Below are positions 27,022 to 39,240 of a stretch of 64,000 nucleotides of DNA, piece by piece (positions within the stretch are counted from its first letter, which is position 1; every line of letters begins with the position of its first letter). A program made the translations under genes and the position numbers. The stretch lies in NCBI GenBank assembly GCA_951406725.2, contig OX597831.1, forward strand, positions 67,270,001 to 67,334,000, in the 5' to 3' direction. The notes below the pieces were generated by a model that was given only the letters and a program-made list of their open reading frames with translations, ran no database searches and was not told the origin of the DNA. The stretch is from Octopus vulgaris. Its lineage: Eukaryota.

Positions 27022-27583
27022 ATATGTTACATTACTCGGTAGTCAAGATAAAACTCTGAGTTTCAGATGCCGAAGTGGAACTATTTGAAAACGTTATGAA
27101 AATATACCGTTAAAAATGAAGGGAAATTACTCTGTTATAACTCTGCTTTGCCTGCGTACTTATACATCGCTCGCATTTTTCGTCATAAAAATTATATAAA
27201 AATACATAAAAATATATAAAAATATATAAATATATATAAAATCTTCTTGGGACATAACACAGAAAGCATGTTCTATCCGTTTTCTTTAGAAAACGGATAG
27301 AACATGCTTTCTGTGTTATGTCCCAAGAAGATTTTATATATTTTTATATATTTTTATATATTTTTATGTATTTTTATATAATTTTTATGACGAAAAATGC
27401 GAGCGATGTATAAGTACGCAGGCAAAGCAGAGTTATAACAGAGTAATTTCCCTTCATTTTTAACGGTATTTTTTCATAACGTTTTCAAATAGCCAGATAA
27501 CCGAAGAGATGGTGTTGTGGATTTCCACTTCGGCATCTGAAACTCAGAGTTTTATCTTGACTACCGAGTAATGTAACATATTG
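27020..27583. repeat. ~565-bp near-perfect palindrome (inverted Penelope pLTR-like pair)
   Basis: Centre at ~27286; arms match except a ~30-nt segment (27493-27523) present only in the right arm. Confidence 0.92.
27495..27557 (+). ncRNA. Type I hammerhead ribozyme (U4C core variant)
   Basis: AGATAA-CCGAAGA-GATG..CATC-t-GAAA-CTCAGAG-TT-TTATCT. Confidence 0.68.
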
Positions 27584-27653
27584 TATAGATAAATTTCCTC
27601 TATTTACATAATATTGAGGTCTCTTTCTTTCTTTTGTTATCTTACCGTTTTAT

Positions 27654-27719
<66 letters not shown>

Positions 27720-27995
27720 GCGATAAATGAAAAAATGCATTGTGAATAAACAACGACAGATAAAAAAGCATATACATATAGTGAGGGAACAACCTGAAGG
27801 GTGACAGACACAGAGGGTCCCAAATATTCCCTCAGTATACGCATGGGTTTTTTTATGTCCGTTATTTATTTATAATACATTTTTCATTTATCGTATATAT
27901 ATCCTTTTATTCTTTTGACTGCGGCCAAGATGGAGGACCACCTTTAGTATACACACACATACGCTTATATATGTATATATGTATGTATGTATATA

Positions 27996-28378
27996 GGCGC
28001 AGGAGTGGCTGTGTGGTAACTAACTTGCTTAACAACCACATGGTTCCGGGTTCAGTCTCACTGCGTGGCACCTTGGGCAAGTGTCTTCTACTATAGCCTC
28101 GGGCCAACCAAAGCCTTGTGAGTAGATTTGGTAGACGGAAACTGAAAGAAGCCCGTCGTATATATGTATATATATATGTGTGTTTGTGTGTCTGTGTTTG
28201 TCCCCCCAACATCACATGACAACCGATGCTGGTGTGTTTACGTCCCCGTAACTTAGCGTTTCAGCAAAAGGGACCAATAGAATAAGTACTAGTCTTACAA
28301 AGAAGAAGTCGATTTGTTCGACTAAAGGCGGTGCTCCAGCATGGCCGCAGTCAAATGACTGAAACAAGTAAAAAAGTA
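27996..28378 (+). mobile_element. SINE family A
   Basis: Full head GGCGCAGGAGTGGCTGTGTGG through to tail. Confidence 0.88.
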
Positions 28379-28416
<38 letters not shown>

Positions 28417-29105
28417 CAATAATTAAGGGTAAAATCAATTAGTTATTAATTAATTTCACCAAGTAGTGTTCAGTATGTAAAAGGACCATTTAAGGCGTAT
28501 TCGAAATATTACGTTATATAATTAGGGCTTAGTAAAATAAATTACTTTGCCACATACTGAAATTATTAGAAATAGCAGCCAAAAAGTTTTTTAGTTATTT
28601 CCACTACTTTAAGAAAAAGTCTCCCAGATAGTGTTTACTCAAAAATAACTCACGAAGATATGGAGGGAAAACAGTAAAATATCAAATGTACAAAGATTAT
28701 TTGAGAACGCTCACGTTCTAGATCAGCTGAAATAAAACTCAGCATTTCTTTCGTCAGCTCAACATTTCTTACTTTGGATTTGAAAGCACTAAAAAAATGA
28801 ACATACCCGTCCGATAATGAATCACCTCAGACAAACATCTTCAAACTGCCAGTACTAGCAAATTCAAAAAGTACAAGTGAAGATTCATGTTCTTCCCGCT
28901 TCCACCCACGTGAGTTATCTAGTAAACATACTATAACGGTGAGAACTGCAGTAAAAGAGCAGGGAGAAAGGAATTATATTATCAATAATTAAGGGTAAAA
29001 TCAATTAGTTATTAATTAATTTCACCAAGTAGTGTTCAGTATGTAAAAGACCATTTAAGGCAAGCCCTAATTATATAACGTAATATTTTGAATACGCCTT
29101 AAATG

Positions 29106-29173
<68 letters not shown>

Positions 29174-29542
29174 ATATATATATATGCGACGGGCTTCTTT
29201 CAGTTTCCGCCTACCACATCCACTTTGGTCGGCTTTGGCAAGTGCCTTCTATAGTAGAAGACACTTGCCAAAGGTCCCACGCAGTGAGACTGAACCCGGA
29301 ACCACGTGGTTGGGAAGTAAGCTTCTTACCACACAGCCACTCCTGTGCCTCAATAGTATTGACAGTGACTCTGAAGTTTCGGCCAGCCAAGTCATCATGG
29401 CTTAGCTGGCCGAAAGTCCGTAATTTCTGTCAACACTATTCTTGTTAAAGAATAATAAATTTGCTCTCTAGAAATGTATTAGATAATCATTCAATTAAAT
29501 GCAAAACTGCTTTTGTCATAACTTAAAAACAAACATCAATAA

Positions 29543-29639
<97 letters not shown>

Positions 29640-29656
29640 TATATATATATATATAT

Positions 29657-29942
29657 CACCGTCACCGTGACCGACCAGGCCAGCAGATGTTGCTACAAAT
29701 CGCTGGTCACAATGCGCTTCGCACTGTTTTAGTCTTCAAATGACGCCATCCCGCAGGCTAAGCGAGCAGGCCTACAGAAGAAAGAGTGAGAGAAAGTTGT
29801 GGCGAAAGAGTACAGTAGGGATCGCCACCCTCCCTGTCGAAGCCTCGTGGAGCTGTAGGTGTTTTTGCTCAATAAACACTCACATCTCCTGATCTGGGAA
29901 TCGAAACCGCCATCCACTGCCTTAACCACTGGACCATTGCGC

Positions 29943-29944
<2 letters not shown>
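29657..29944 (-). mobile_element. Third tRNA-derived SINE family
   Basis: Minus strand GGCGCAATGGTCCAGTGGTTAAGGC..GGTTTCGATTCCC (A and B boxes); partial copy at 23925-23967. Confidence 0.72.
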
Positions 29945-30030
<86 letters not shown>

Positions 30031-30034
<4 letters not shown>

Positions 30035-30491
30035 CAATATTTCTAACTTTGGTGATCAGTGAATAGATTTCACTGAAAATATATATATATGCGAAGCCTT
30101 GGCAAACATCTCAACTAGCAGGCCTTGCTACCCTAGACTGATGACGAGCAAGACTCAGAAACATGCATGTCTCTAGGTGCAGGCCCTAGCTAGTGAGGGT
30201 GTTTGTGTCCCCTTCGCAATATAAGGACACAGGAAATGTGTCAAAGCCAACAGGAAGCGTCGATGCTTCCTAGGGCTAAATAGCGGTGGTGTGATTCCCT
30301 TTACGGGACTGTCACGTTATGTTGACAGTATAAAACCACTCTATCGCTCCACCACCGCTCATGTCTCTCTGAGACATTTAGAAATTCAATATTTCTAATT
30401 TTGATGATCAGTGAATAGATTTCACTGAAAATATATATATATTTGCGAAGCCTTGGCAAACATCTCAACTAGCAGGCCTTGCTACCCTAGA
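30031..30491 (+). mobile_element. Retrozyme-like tandem unit (352-nt monomer plus ~109-nt partial repeat)
   Basis: Direct repeat 30031-30137 / 30383-30491; one hammerhead and many hairpins in the monomer. Confidence 0.8.
30132..30177 (+). ncRNA. Type I hammerhead ribozyme
   Basis: CCTAGA-CTGATGA-c-GAG-caaga-CTC-a-GAAA-CATGCATG-TC-TCTAGG; 6-bp stem I; 10-nt palindrome ACATGCATGT; GUC site. Confidence 0.88.
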
Positions 30492-31315
30492 ATGTCACGT
30501 GCGTTTTGGTTTTTCTGAGTTGACTTTCTGATATTGTGAGTACAGAAAATTGTTATTGTTGAAAGTACTATTGTGGTTGAATTTTTGAAAATTGTTTTCT
30601 AGCTACCCACTGTGGGTATGCAAACACTAAATTACGCGCAGGCTTCAGTCAAAAGTTTTTCTGCCGACATGTTGCAGTTGAAAGAGATACTAATTAAGAA
30701 GGAAAATTTGGAAAAATATTTTGAAACTTTCACGAAGGAGGGAGATTGCCTGCGAATCACACCGCCGGAGGAAGATGCAGAAAAAGCGAGCAGAAAAATT
30801 ATCGTATACTAAACATGGAATATAGCCACCAAAAAAATAGAAGTGGCTGAAACAGACGACATTGAGGAATGTCTAACAGAAATAAAAGACAGAACTACCT
30901 TCTACACAAGAGGAAGGAAGTTCGCCACCGTAGAAGTACGGTTTGAAAGTGAGAAGGAAGCCAAAAACCACGCTACTACGATATTGAGAACAGCTAGGTG
31001 GATACTTCTACCTACCTATTGTGGGAAACGAGCAGCGAAGGTGAAAATAGGAAAGGTACCACCGGAGATCGAAGTAGAGAGGCTTGTAACAGCTATAATT
31101 TACAATTGTAAAGAGGGGATAGATATCCTCAAGGTTGAAAAATCAAGAGACGTTAACTGGTGGGGTTATGGTGTGGAAGCACTGATACATATAACCCTGC
31201 CGGATTTACACCACATTGCAGAAGAGTTGGTGCTCACCGACGAAACCCGACTGAGGGGAGACCACCAATATGTTATAAATGTAAAAGAAGGGGACATATG
31301 CAGGCAAAGTGTCCC

Positions 31316-31319
<4 letters not shown>
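30492..31319 (+). mobile_element. L1/Tx1-like ORF1 (gag-like) pseudogene fragment
   Basis: Broken ORFs 30612-31319; CCHC knuckle [14 protein letters not shown] after a frameshift; truncated at (TA)n. Confidence 0.65.
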
Positions 31320-31377
<58 letters not shown>

Positions 31378-31419
31378 CATACATACATACATATATATGT
31401 ATGTATGTATGCATATGTA

Positions 31420-31625
31420 TATGTTTGTCTGTCTGTGTTTTCCCCCCTATCATCGCTTGACAACCGATGTTGGTGCGTTTACGTCCTCGTAACTTAGCAG
31501 TTCCGCAAAAGAAATTGATAGAATAAGTACTAGGCTTACAAAGAATAAATTCTGGGACCGATTTGTTTGACTAAAGGTGGTGCTCCAGCATTGCCGCAGT
31601 TAAATTACTGAAACAAATAAGCGAA
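31420..31625 (+). mobile_element. SINE family A, 3' half
   Basis: Homology to other copies. Confidence 0.75.
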
Positions 31626-32172
31626 CAGAAGAAAAATATGTGTATATGTGAGTATGTGTTTTTACGTTGTTGTTCACACAGGGCCGTCGCGTGACTTTTA
31701 GAGGCCCCATCTCTTCAATCAAAATTCATAATCTACGCACCTTTTATTCATAGCTATGTTTTACTTTATTCTATCTGAAGTTCAATATTTCACGTTATCC
31801 CAAAGAACATCTTTAAAAATACAATAAATTAAATTTATTTAGGGCTGGAACTATCGTATCATTTCATGTTTAGGAAGACTAATATTTAACAGGGTTGAAT
31901 ATTTATTCGATGGACTCACAAATATCAGAAGACAAGTATCTTAAAATAACAACTGTGGAGTATAGTTGTCTCAGCTTTTTATGCAAAGAATTTTATTCAA
32001 GAACATCAAAAAAATACGAAACACTTACAGTCCAAGACTAAAGCAAACTATTTCAAATTATATATTTTTGAAAGAATAGATGTGAATGTTCTCAAAGATT
32101 TGATAACATTCGAAAAAGCCTTTTTTTAAAATTCTATATTTCACTGTTACCTGTTGTAATATTTCGATTGGA

Positions 32173-32578
32173 GGATCTTTTCGGTTTGAACGGCAGTTTT
32201 TAACATAATTTCTAGGTAACTAAAAAAATTTTAACTTCGTATACTGGTAGAATGTGTTGAAAAAACATCTTTTTCTCTTGGCTTTATTGAGAAACTTCTA
32301 TAGTTTGTAAGATATTTGTTGTTGTTTTTTCTTCAATTTCTGCAATTTCAACCAATCATTGACGTCCATTGAGGTAAAAAAAACATTCTGTGCCGTATGA
32401 ATATGTCCCTTGTCCCAGATTGGGTTTATTTACATTTGTGAAGAAAAAAAGATACCCTTCCCCCACCCTAACCCTAAAAGAGATTGAAATGCAATAGATC
32501 GATACTAGGGTCATAATTATGGGTGACAATTTCATATGACACCGCTAGAAAAAAACTGCCGTTCAACCGAAAAGATCC
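32173..32578. mobile_element. Second copy of the Merlin-like MITE
   Basis: Same TIRs as 11783-12200; TSD CGATTGGA at 32165-32172 and 32579-32586. Confidence 0.88.
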
Positions 32579-32964
32579 CGATTGGATAGACAATTCAAAC
32601 TGTAGAGTCTAAATACCAAAGATGCAAAATATGAAGAATTTCTTACCTTTCTCTGAAATCACAAATTCAAGGGGAAATTAGTACCTTGCAAAATAAAATA
32701 CTTCGATCACAAACTAGTTACAACTGAACAACTGAGATGCTCGGTGACAGTGAGCAAAGAATATCTGTAGCTCTATATACGTATGTCGATAGATACACAC
32801 ACACACACACACACACACACAATTTCCTCTGTATGTGTGCACGCGCCTTGTTCTTGGTACAGAAAGAATTTTGTCTCCATTTTTAATTGCCTGGGTACAA
32901 AGTCATCAGCTTTTCATCAACGTCAAATAACGACAAATATACATATAAAGTTATTCAAAAAGAA

Positions 32965-33450
32965 TGAACCGATTTCATTACGCAATAAGGAAAAGCAAAA
33001 GAAAACTCCAGCTAAGTCACAAGTATTTACTCACAATCAACTTTTATTTCCTGTCATACAAGTGTTCAATGCAACACGGGCAACAGAAGTGCGGTAAGAG
33101 AATTCCTCCTAGACGCGTATCAGCATATCAAAAGCAAGTTCATTATGGAACTAAAGAATAAATTTGCTTTGCTTGAGACGATTCCAGAAGATATTGACAT
33201 AGAAGGAAAATGGAAAATCATCGATAAAGCATTCAACCAGACAAAGAAATACTCAGTGGATCGTGACATGCTGATACGCGTCAGAGAGGAATTTTCTTAT
33301 CGCATTGATGTTGCTCGTGCTGCAGATGGGGGTGGCCACATTTGAACACTTGTAAGACAGAAAATAAAAGTTGATTGTGAGTAAATACTTGTGACTTAGC
33401 TGGAGTTTTCTATTGCTTTTCCTTATTAAAATATTGCGTAATGAAATCAG
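32965..33450. mobile_element. Tc1/mariner relic with ~100-bp inverted arms
   Basis: Arms ~32965-33071 and ~33339-33450; internal peptide DMLIRVREEFSYRIDVARAADGGGHI resembles an IS630-Tc1-mariner transposase C-terminus. Confidence 0.6.
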
Positions 33451-33625
33451 AAAGAGAGAGAGAGAGAGAGAGAGAAATGCAGAGAGAAAGTGGGAGAGAC
33501 AGACAGACTAAGAGATGTGTGTGTGTGTTTAGAATTACAGTCGTCCCAGTACATGTGGACGAGCTGTGTGATGAAAATTTCAGAAACATAAAAACAGCAA
33601 TGTTAAAATAGTCAGTATTCTCGTA

Positions 33626-34017
33626 TTCTTTAATTGTTTCAGTCGTTTTGACTGCGGCCATGCTGGAGCACCGCCTTTAGTCGAACGAATTGATCCCAGG
33701 ATTTATTCTTTATAAGCCTAATGCTTCTTCTATCGGTTCTTTTGTCGAACCGCTAGGTTACGGGAACGTAAACACACCAACATTGGTTGTCAAGTGATGG
33801 GGAGGGGACAAACGCTGACGCAGACACACATACATATTCATATATGTATATTTATATACACGACGACCTTATTTCAGTTTCCATCTACCAAATCCACTCA
33901 CAAGGCTTTGGTTGGCCCAAGGCTATAGCAGAAGACACTTGCCCAAGGTGCCACACAGTGGGACTGAACCTGAAACCATGTGGTTGGTAAACAAGTTACC
34001 ACACAGCCATGCCTGCG
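33626..34017 (-). mobile_element. SINE family A
   Basis: Homology to other copies. Confidence 0.82.
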
Positions 34018-34054
34018 TCGGTATTGTGTATATATGAATCCATGTATATATATG

Positions 34055-34085
<31 letters not shown>

Positions 34086-34639
34086 TCTATCTATGTATAT
34101 ATATACATACATGTACATGTGTGCGTGTGTGTGTAACGTCATAAATGACAGAAATAGTTTGATGAGGTTTAACAATAAGAAAATTCAAATATCAGGACAA
34201 ACTGTTTCGTAACTTAAAGATATGTGAATAATTTATATTATTATATTTAATGATAAATGAATTACTGAATGCAAAATGAAAAAAATCTTTCAAAATAATG
34301 CAGAATTTAAGCTACGCCCTCCGGTCAAAGAAAATCTTTGTTAAATACTAAATTCTCGACGTAACGTTACAAGAGCGTTAAGTCAAAATATAAAAGATTC
34401 TGAAAGACAATAATAATAAAATTGATTTTAAAAAATAAAATGATTGTCTAATAAATGGATGTTAATTTTAATAATATAATTAAAAAGTTACTAGTAGATA
34501 TTATTAATGCAATAAAAGAAAAGAGACATATCTATTTCTAAAAATCTAGAAAATGAAAAGTCACAAAAATAGAGAAAATAGTAGCTCAGGCATGGCCGCA
34601 GTCTAATGACTAAAGTAAGAATCATAATAATAGTCCTTT

Positions 34640-35035
34640 TTACTGTAAGCCTGAAATTTAGGGGAAGGGATTTAGTCGATTACATCGACTCCAGTGCGTA
34701 ACTGGGACTTATTTAATAGACCCCGAAAGGATGGAAGGCAAACTCAACCTCAGCGGAATTTGAACTCAAAACGTAGCGACGGGTGAAATACCTATTTCTC
34801 TACTACCCACAAGGGGCTAAACACAGAGAGGACAAACAAGGACAGACAAACGGATTAAGTTGATTATATCGACCCCAGTGCGTAACTGGTACTTAATTTA
34901 TCGACCCCGAAAGGATGAAAGGCAAAGTCGACCTCGGCGGAATTTGAACTCAGAACGTAGCGGCAAACTAAATCCCCCCCTCCCCAGCGGGTGAAATACC
35001 GCTTAGCATTTTGCCCGGCGTGCTAACTATTCTGT
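34640..35035 (-). mobile_element. Nested SINE family B pair
   Basis: Two central domains; duplication CGGGTGAAATACC at 34780-34792 and 34988-35000. Confidence 0.8.
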
Positions 35036-35820
35036 TTGCTCTAATCATAACAAGCAAAAACTAGAGATAATATTTACGAAACAGAGGGATTGATATCAAC
35101 AAAAAAATATGAACAACATAAAATTTTCAGAAAATTAGAAAGTTGGAAATATAAGCAAATATTTTTTTAAGTCAGAGAAAATATGAAAGACAATGAGAAC
35201 AAAAATTAACATAAAATAATGAAACAAATTTCGAAGATGAGAAGGGCGATTTATTAAGATATTAAGAAATAATAATTTGATAGTTTTGGTATAAAGAGAT
35301 GAAAATCATATATTTACAAAGACAGAGTTTACAAAATATAGCGTTTGATATCAACAAAAAAAAAAGAAAAATATTAAATTAAAGATTAAAAGTTCGAATA
35401 TATAAGTAAAATAACAGCTAAAATATAATGTAGGATAAGATTAATATAATTTGGTACTGTAGATTAGGATAGATTAAAGCATAGAAGGTAAGTATATGGA
35501 AAAACAATATTAACATGCTTTCATTAAATATTGTTTAAAAATACATAATTATAGTTATAATACAGGTAGATACCCTGAAAAATATTTTTATACCTATATA
35601 GAGTATAAACATTATTAGTATCAAAATAATTTCAAAATTTAATTATATAAATTATCATTGTATTCAATATATGATATTACCCGTGTCTCTCTCTCTTTCT
35701 CTCTCTCAATATGTATGTATGTATGTATGTACGTATGTATGTATGCATGCATATCTATGCATATGTGGGTGTATGTACCGATCTACGTATATGGGTATAT
35801 GCATGTGAGTATGATATATA

Positions 35821-35892
35821 CAGGGATGGCCATAAGTCGCGTTACCCGTTTCTTTATTATTAAAAATGGGTAAATCGACTTATGGCCATTCT

Positions 35893-35894
<2 letters not shown>
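35821..35894. mobile_element. 74-bp Tc1/mariner-type mini-MITE
   Basis: TA-flanked; CAGGGATGGCCATAAGTCG / CGACTTATGGCCATTCTTG TIRs. Confidence 0.7.
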
Positions 35895-35978
<84 letters not shown>

Positions 35979-36133
35979 ATTATTGAAGTAGATAAATGAA
36001 TTATCTTATTACGGATAATTCAAATGATAACCGATACCTGGGTAGCAAAAATCACAACAGAAAAAGCACGGTTGAAGTTACGACAATGGGGCATAAAATC
36101 CGTGCCTTAGTGCGGAAATTTGAAGTTTTATAT

Positions 36134-36526
36134 ATTAAGTGTAGGAAGAAATGGAGCTGAACGAAGATTTAACAAAATTCCTTTTTATTATCTTCTACAT
36201 ATGTTTCGAAGGCTGCAAAGTCCCTAATTCGGATTGAATAAGGAGTCCATTTTGCAGCCTTCTCTTCAGGAAAATCCAGGAACTTAATTCTCCAACAAAA
36301 TGCACAGCAAGCTTTTCGACAAACGCTCACGAGGAGCCCATGAAATAAATGGCCCTTGTTGTGCATTTTGTTGGAGAATTAAGTTCCTGGATTTTCTGAA
36401 GAGAAGGCTGCAAAATGGACTCCTTATTCAATCCGAATTAGGGACTTTGCAGCCTTCGAAACATATGTAGAAGATAATAAAAAGGAATTTTGTTAAATCT
36501 TCGTTCAGCTCCATTTCTTCCTACAC

Positions 36527-36531
<5 letters not shown>
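36134..36531. repeat. ~172-bp inverted repeat carrying two opposed hammerhead ribozymes
   Basis: Arms 36134-36306 and 36360-36531, near-perfect; ribozymes at 36190-36275 (-) and 36391-36475 (+). Confidence 0.9.
36190..36275 (-). ncRNA. Type I hammerhead ribozyme with 12-bp stem II
   Basis: ATTTTC-CTGAAGA-GAAGGCTGCAAA..TTTGCAGCCTTC-GAAA-CATATG-TA-GAAGAT. Confidence 0.85.
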
Positions 36532-36594
<63 letters not shown>

Positions 36595-37127
36595 CGGCGT
36601 ACGTAGCCTCTCTTTTATATGTAAGTACACATTTATATATATATATATATATGAGTTCAGGACACCACAAATAAACGAGAAACGAAAACATAAAATCAAA
36701 CAAGGAAACGGACTATTTTAACAACGATAAAACAGAGTACAGGACAAACAATACAAGGAAAATTCCCCTTCATCAGCTGCCCCTGGTTCGACTCAATGCG
36801 TGTTTCGAAGGTAAGGGCAGAACACGGCCAGGCCGAAGCAATCCTTCCTGCAAAAGAAATTAATTAAAATTCTTTTGCAGAGGGGTAAAACAAGTGACAA
36901 GAACAGGACGTAAAAGCAATACAAATGAAGAAAAAACAGTAGAAAAAACAGTACAAATAAAGAATAACAGGACAAGGAAACCAACAATAAGGGCTTTTTT
37001 AGGCCTAGACAGTGGAAAAATTAGTTAGAACGCATGTGAAAAATCGGCTTGCGAAAGACAGAGAAGTCGATGTATGCTTGTTGAAAGTACGAGCTGAAAG
37101 AAAGTTTTAGTAGCACTCACCCGCATG

Positions 37128-37245
<118 letters not shown>

Positions 37246-37404
37246 TGTGTGTGGGCATGCGGGTACGTATGTATATAGACGTATTTTACTCAGTGCTTCT
37301 ACACATATTCCTGTATTTATATATATATATATACACATGGGGTTTCTTTCAGTTTCCATCTAACAAATCCATAGATATATATGTGTATATACATACATAC
37401 ATAG

Positions 37405-37445
<41 letters not shown>

Positions 37446-37799
37446 AAATTTAGAGGATTGACCACTAAAAGTAGACAGCCTGTATGCTAGATATAGACGT
37501 CAAAATCGCCATTTTCCACGGAGAATGTGTTCTCAAGAAAAAATTCAGCAAAAAACCAAAGCGTAAAAATAAGCAAGACAAATGAAGATATACGAAATAA
37601 AAAAAACCATTACCTAAGTACTAATTAGTTTCAGTTGTTTACAATTTTCGTATATGAATGCATAAACATCTGCAAGATTTTCAGCATAGTCTGTCGTTTA
37701 CGAAACACAATTTCTATAACTAGAAATCCAGCATTGTATAAAGTACCACAAATTACATTCATGTGTATCTTTCAAATACTTTCACTACTCACCCGAGGT

Positions 37800-39240
37800 G
37801 ACCTTCAACATAGGCAAGTATTTCTTAGCACTGATAGATAGACATTTTCCAGTCAACCATACCTACAGGAAGCTCTTCAATAAACACAACTTTAAAAAAA
37901 ATCAGTTTCAGCTCAACTACCAATTTTAAAAATATAATCGCACACAACACACAAAAACCACAATACGAAAACAGCTGTTCATGCAGGAATAAAAAATTAT
38001 GCCCGCTAAATGGAGCTTGCATGTCCGAGACCATCATCTACGAAGCTACCGTGGACTCTATACACACTAAAGACATGGTTTCGACGAAGAAATACGTGGG
38101 CCTTACATACGGTAATTTCAAGACCAGGTTCAATAATCACACCTTGAGCTTCAGACACTGCGACAAAAGGAAAACGACAAAATTATCCAGTTATATATGG
38201 TCATTAAAAGATAAAGGTGTCAGTTACAACATCCATTGGAAGATTTTAGCTAAATGTAAGCCCTACACCAACGGCAGCGGAAAGTGCAGTCTATGCGACA
38301 TGGAAAGATGGCTCATCTGGAAAAGCAGCTTAGACCCCCGCTACATGTCTGAACTCAAGGACAGAACTTTTCGGATCATGCCGACACGTGGCTAAATTTT
38401 TTTTACGTTTTTGGTCCCCCCCAAGACTACAGATAGAACTTGCTTTCTATATTATGTCTATGCAACAAAGTTTTTTTTATCTCATTATACTTTTTACCTT
38501 TATTTATATTTTTTATATATATATTTCTTACATATCATAGAGAATTTGGTTTATAGATATATTCTTTACACATAATTTTTTTCTGTACTCTACCTTCCAC
38601 CCTGCATTTTCCGTGCCTATATAAACGTGTATATGGAATACTTATTGCGCGCGTGTGGATGTGTACGTGTGTGCGGGTAGGTGTGTATATAGAGGTGAGC
38701 GTGTGTGTGGGCATGCGAGTACGTATGTATATAGACGTATTTTACTCAGTGTTTTTACACATTTTCCTGTATTGTTTTTAGACGTATGTATAATCCTTTT
38801 TGTGCGTGCGTGTGTGTGCGCGTATATAGACGTATGCGGGTGTGTGCGTATATGGGCGTGTATGTGTGTGCGTGCATAAGGGTGTGTGCGTATATAAACG
38901 TGGTTTACTCTTTGTATACTCCCTTATGCCTTTTTTCTGTATTGTTACCCTTAACCCCTTTTTTTCTTGTGCTTGTGCGTATGTAGACGTATGTATGAAC
39001 TTTTACGGTGCGCGCGTGTGTGTGTGAGGGTTTGTATGTATATGCATATACATTTGGCGAAGGATGCGAGTGAAGATGTGTACGTTTTTCTAGTGAGGAT
39101 GGATGAATGTATGCGTACGCACGTGGGTGTCCGGACGCACATGTGTAGGTATGAACAGACGCGCTTACGCAAATACTATGAACTTTTTACCCCCTTATCT
39201 TAATTAGCGGTCATTCGAATAACTCTTTTGCCTAAAAGAC
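37800..39240 (+). mobile_element. Penelope-like element fragment (Cys-rich linker, GIY-YIG endonuclease, 3' region)
   Basis: CSCRNKKLCPLNGACMSETIIYEATV..KYVGLTYGNFKTRFNNH..KCSLCDMERW; frameshift near the C-terminus. Confidence 0.85.

Noticed and set aside
27781-27835. GAGGGAA..CTGAAGG..CAAA..TTCCCTC hammerhead-like motif
   Set aside because: Two core mismatches and wrong spacing; at best a decayed copy.
36760-36832. Minus-strand GAAAC..CTGATGA as a permuted hammerhead
   Set aside because: Stems I and III do not pair convincingly; related copies at 10365 and 45490 lack the core.
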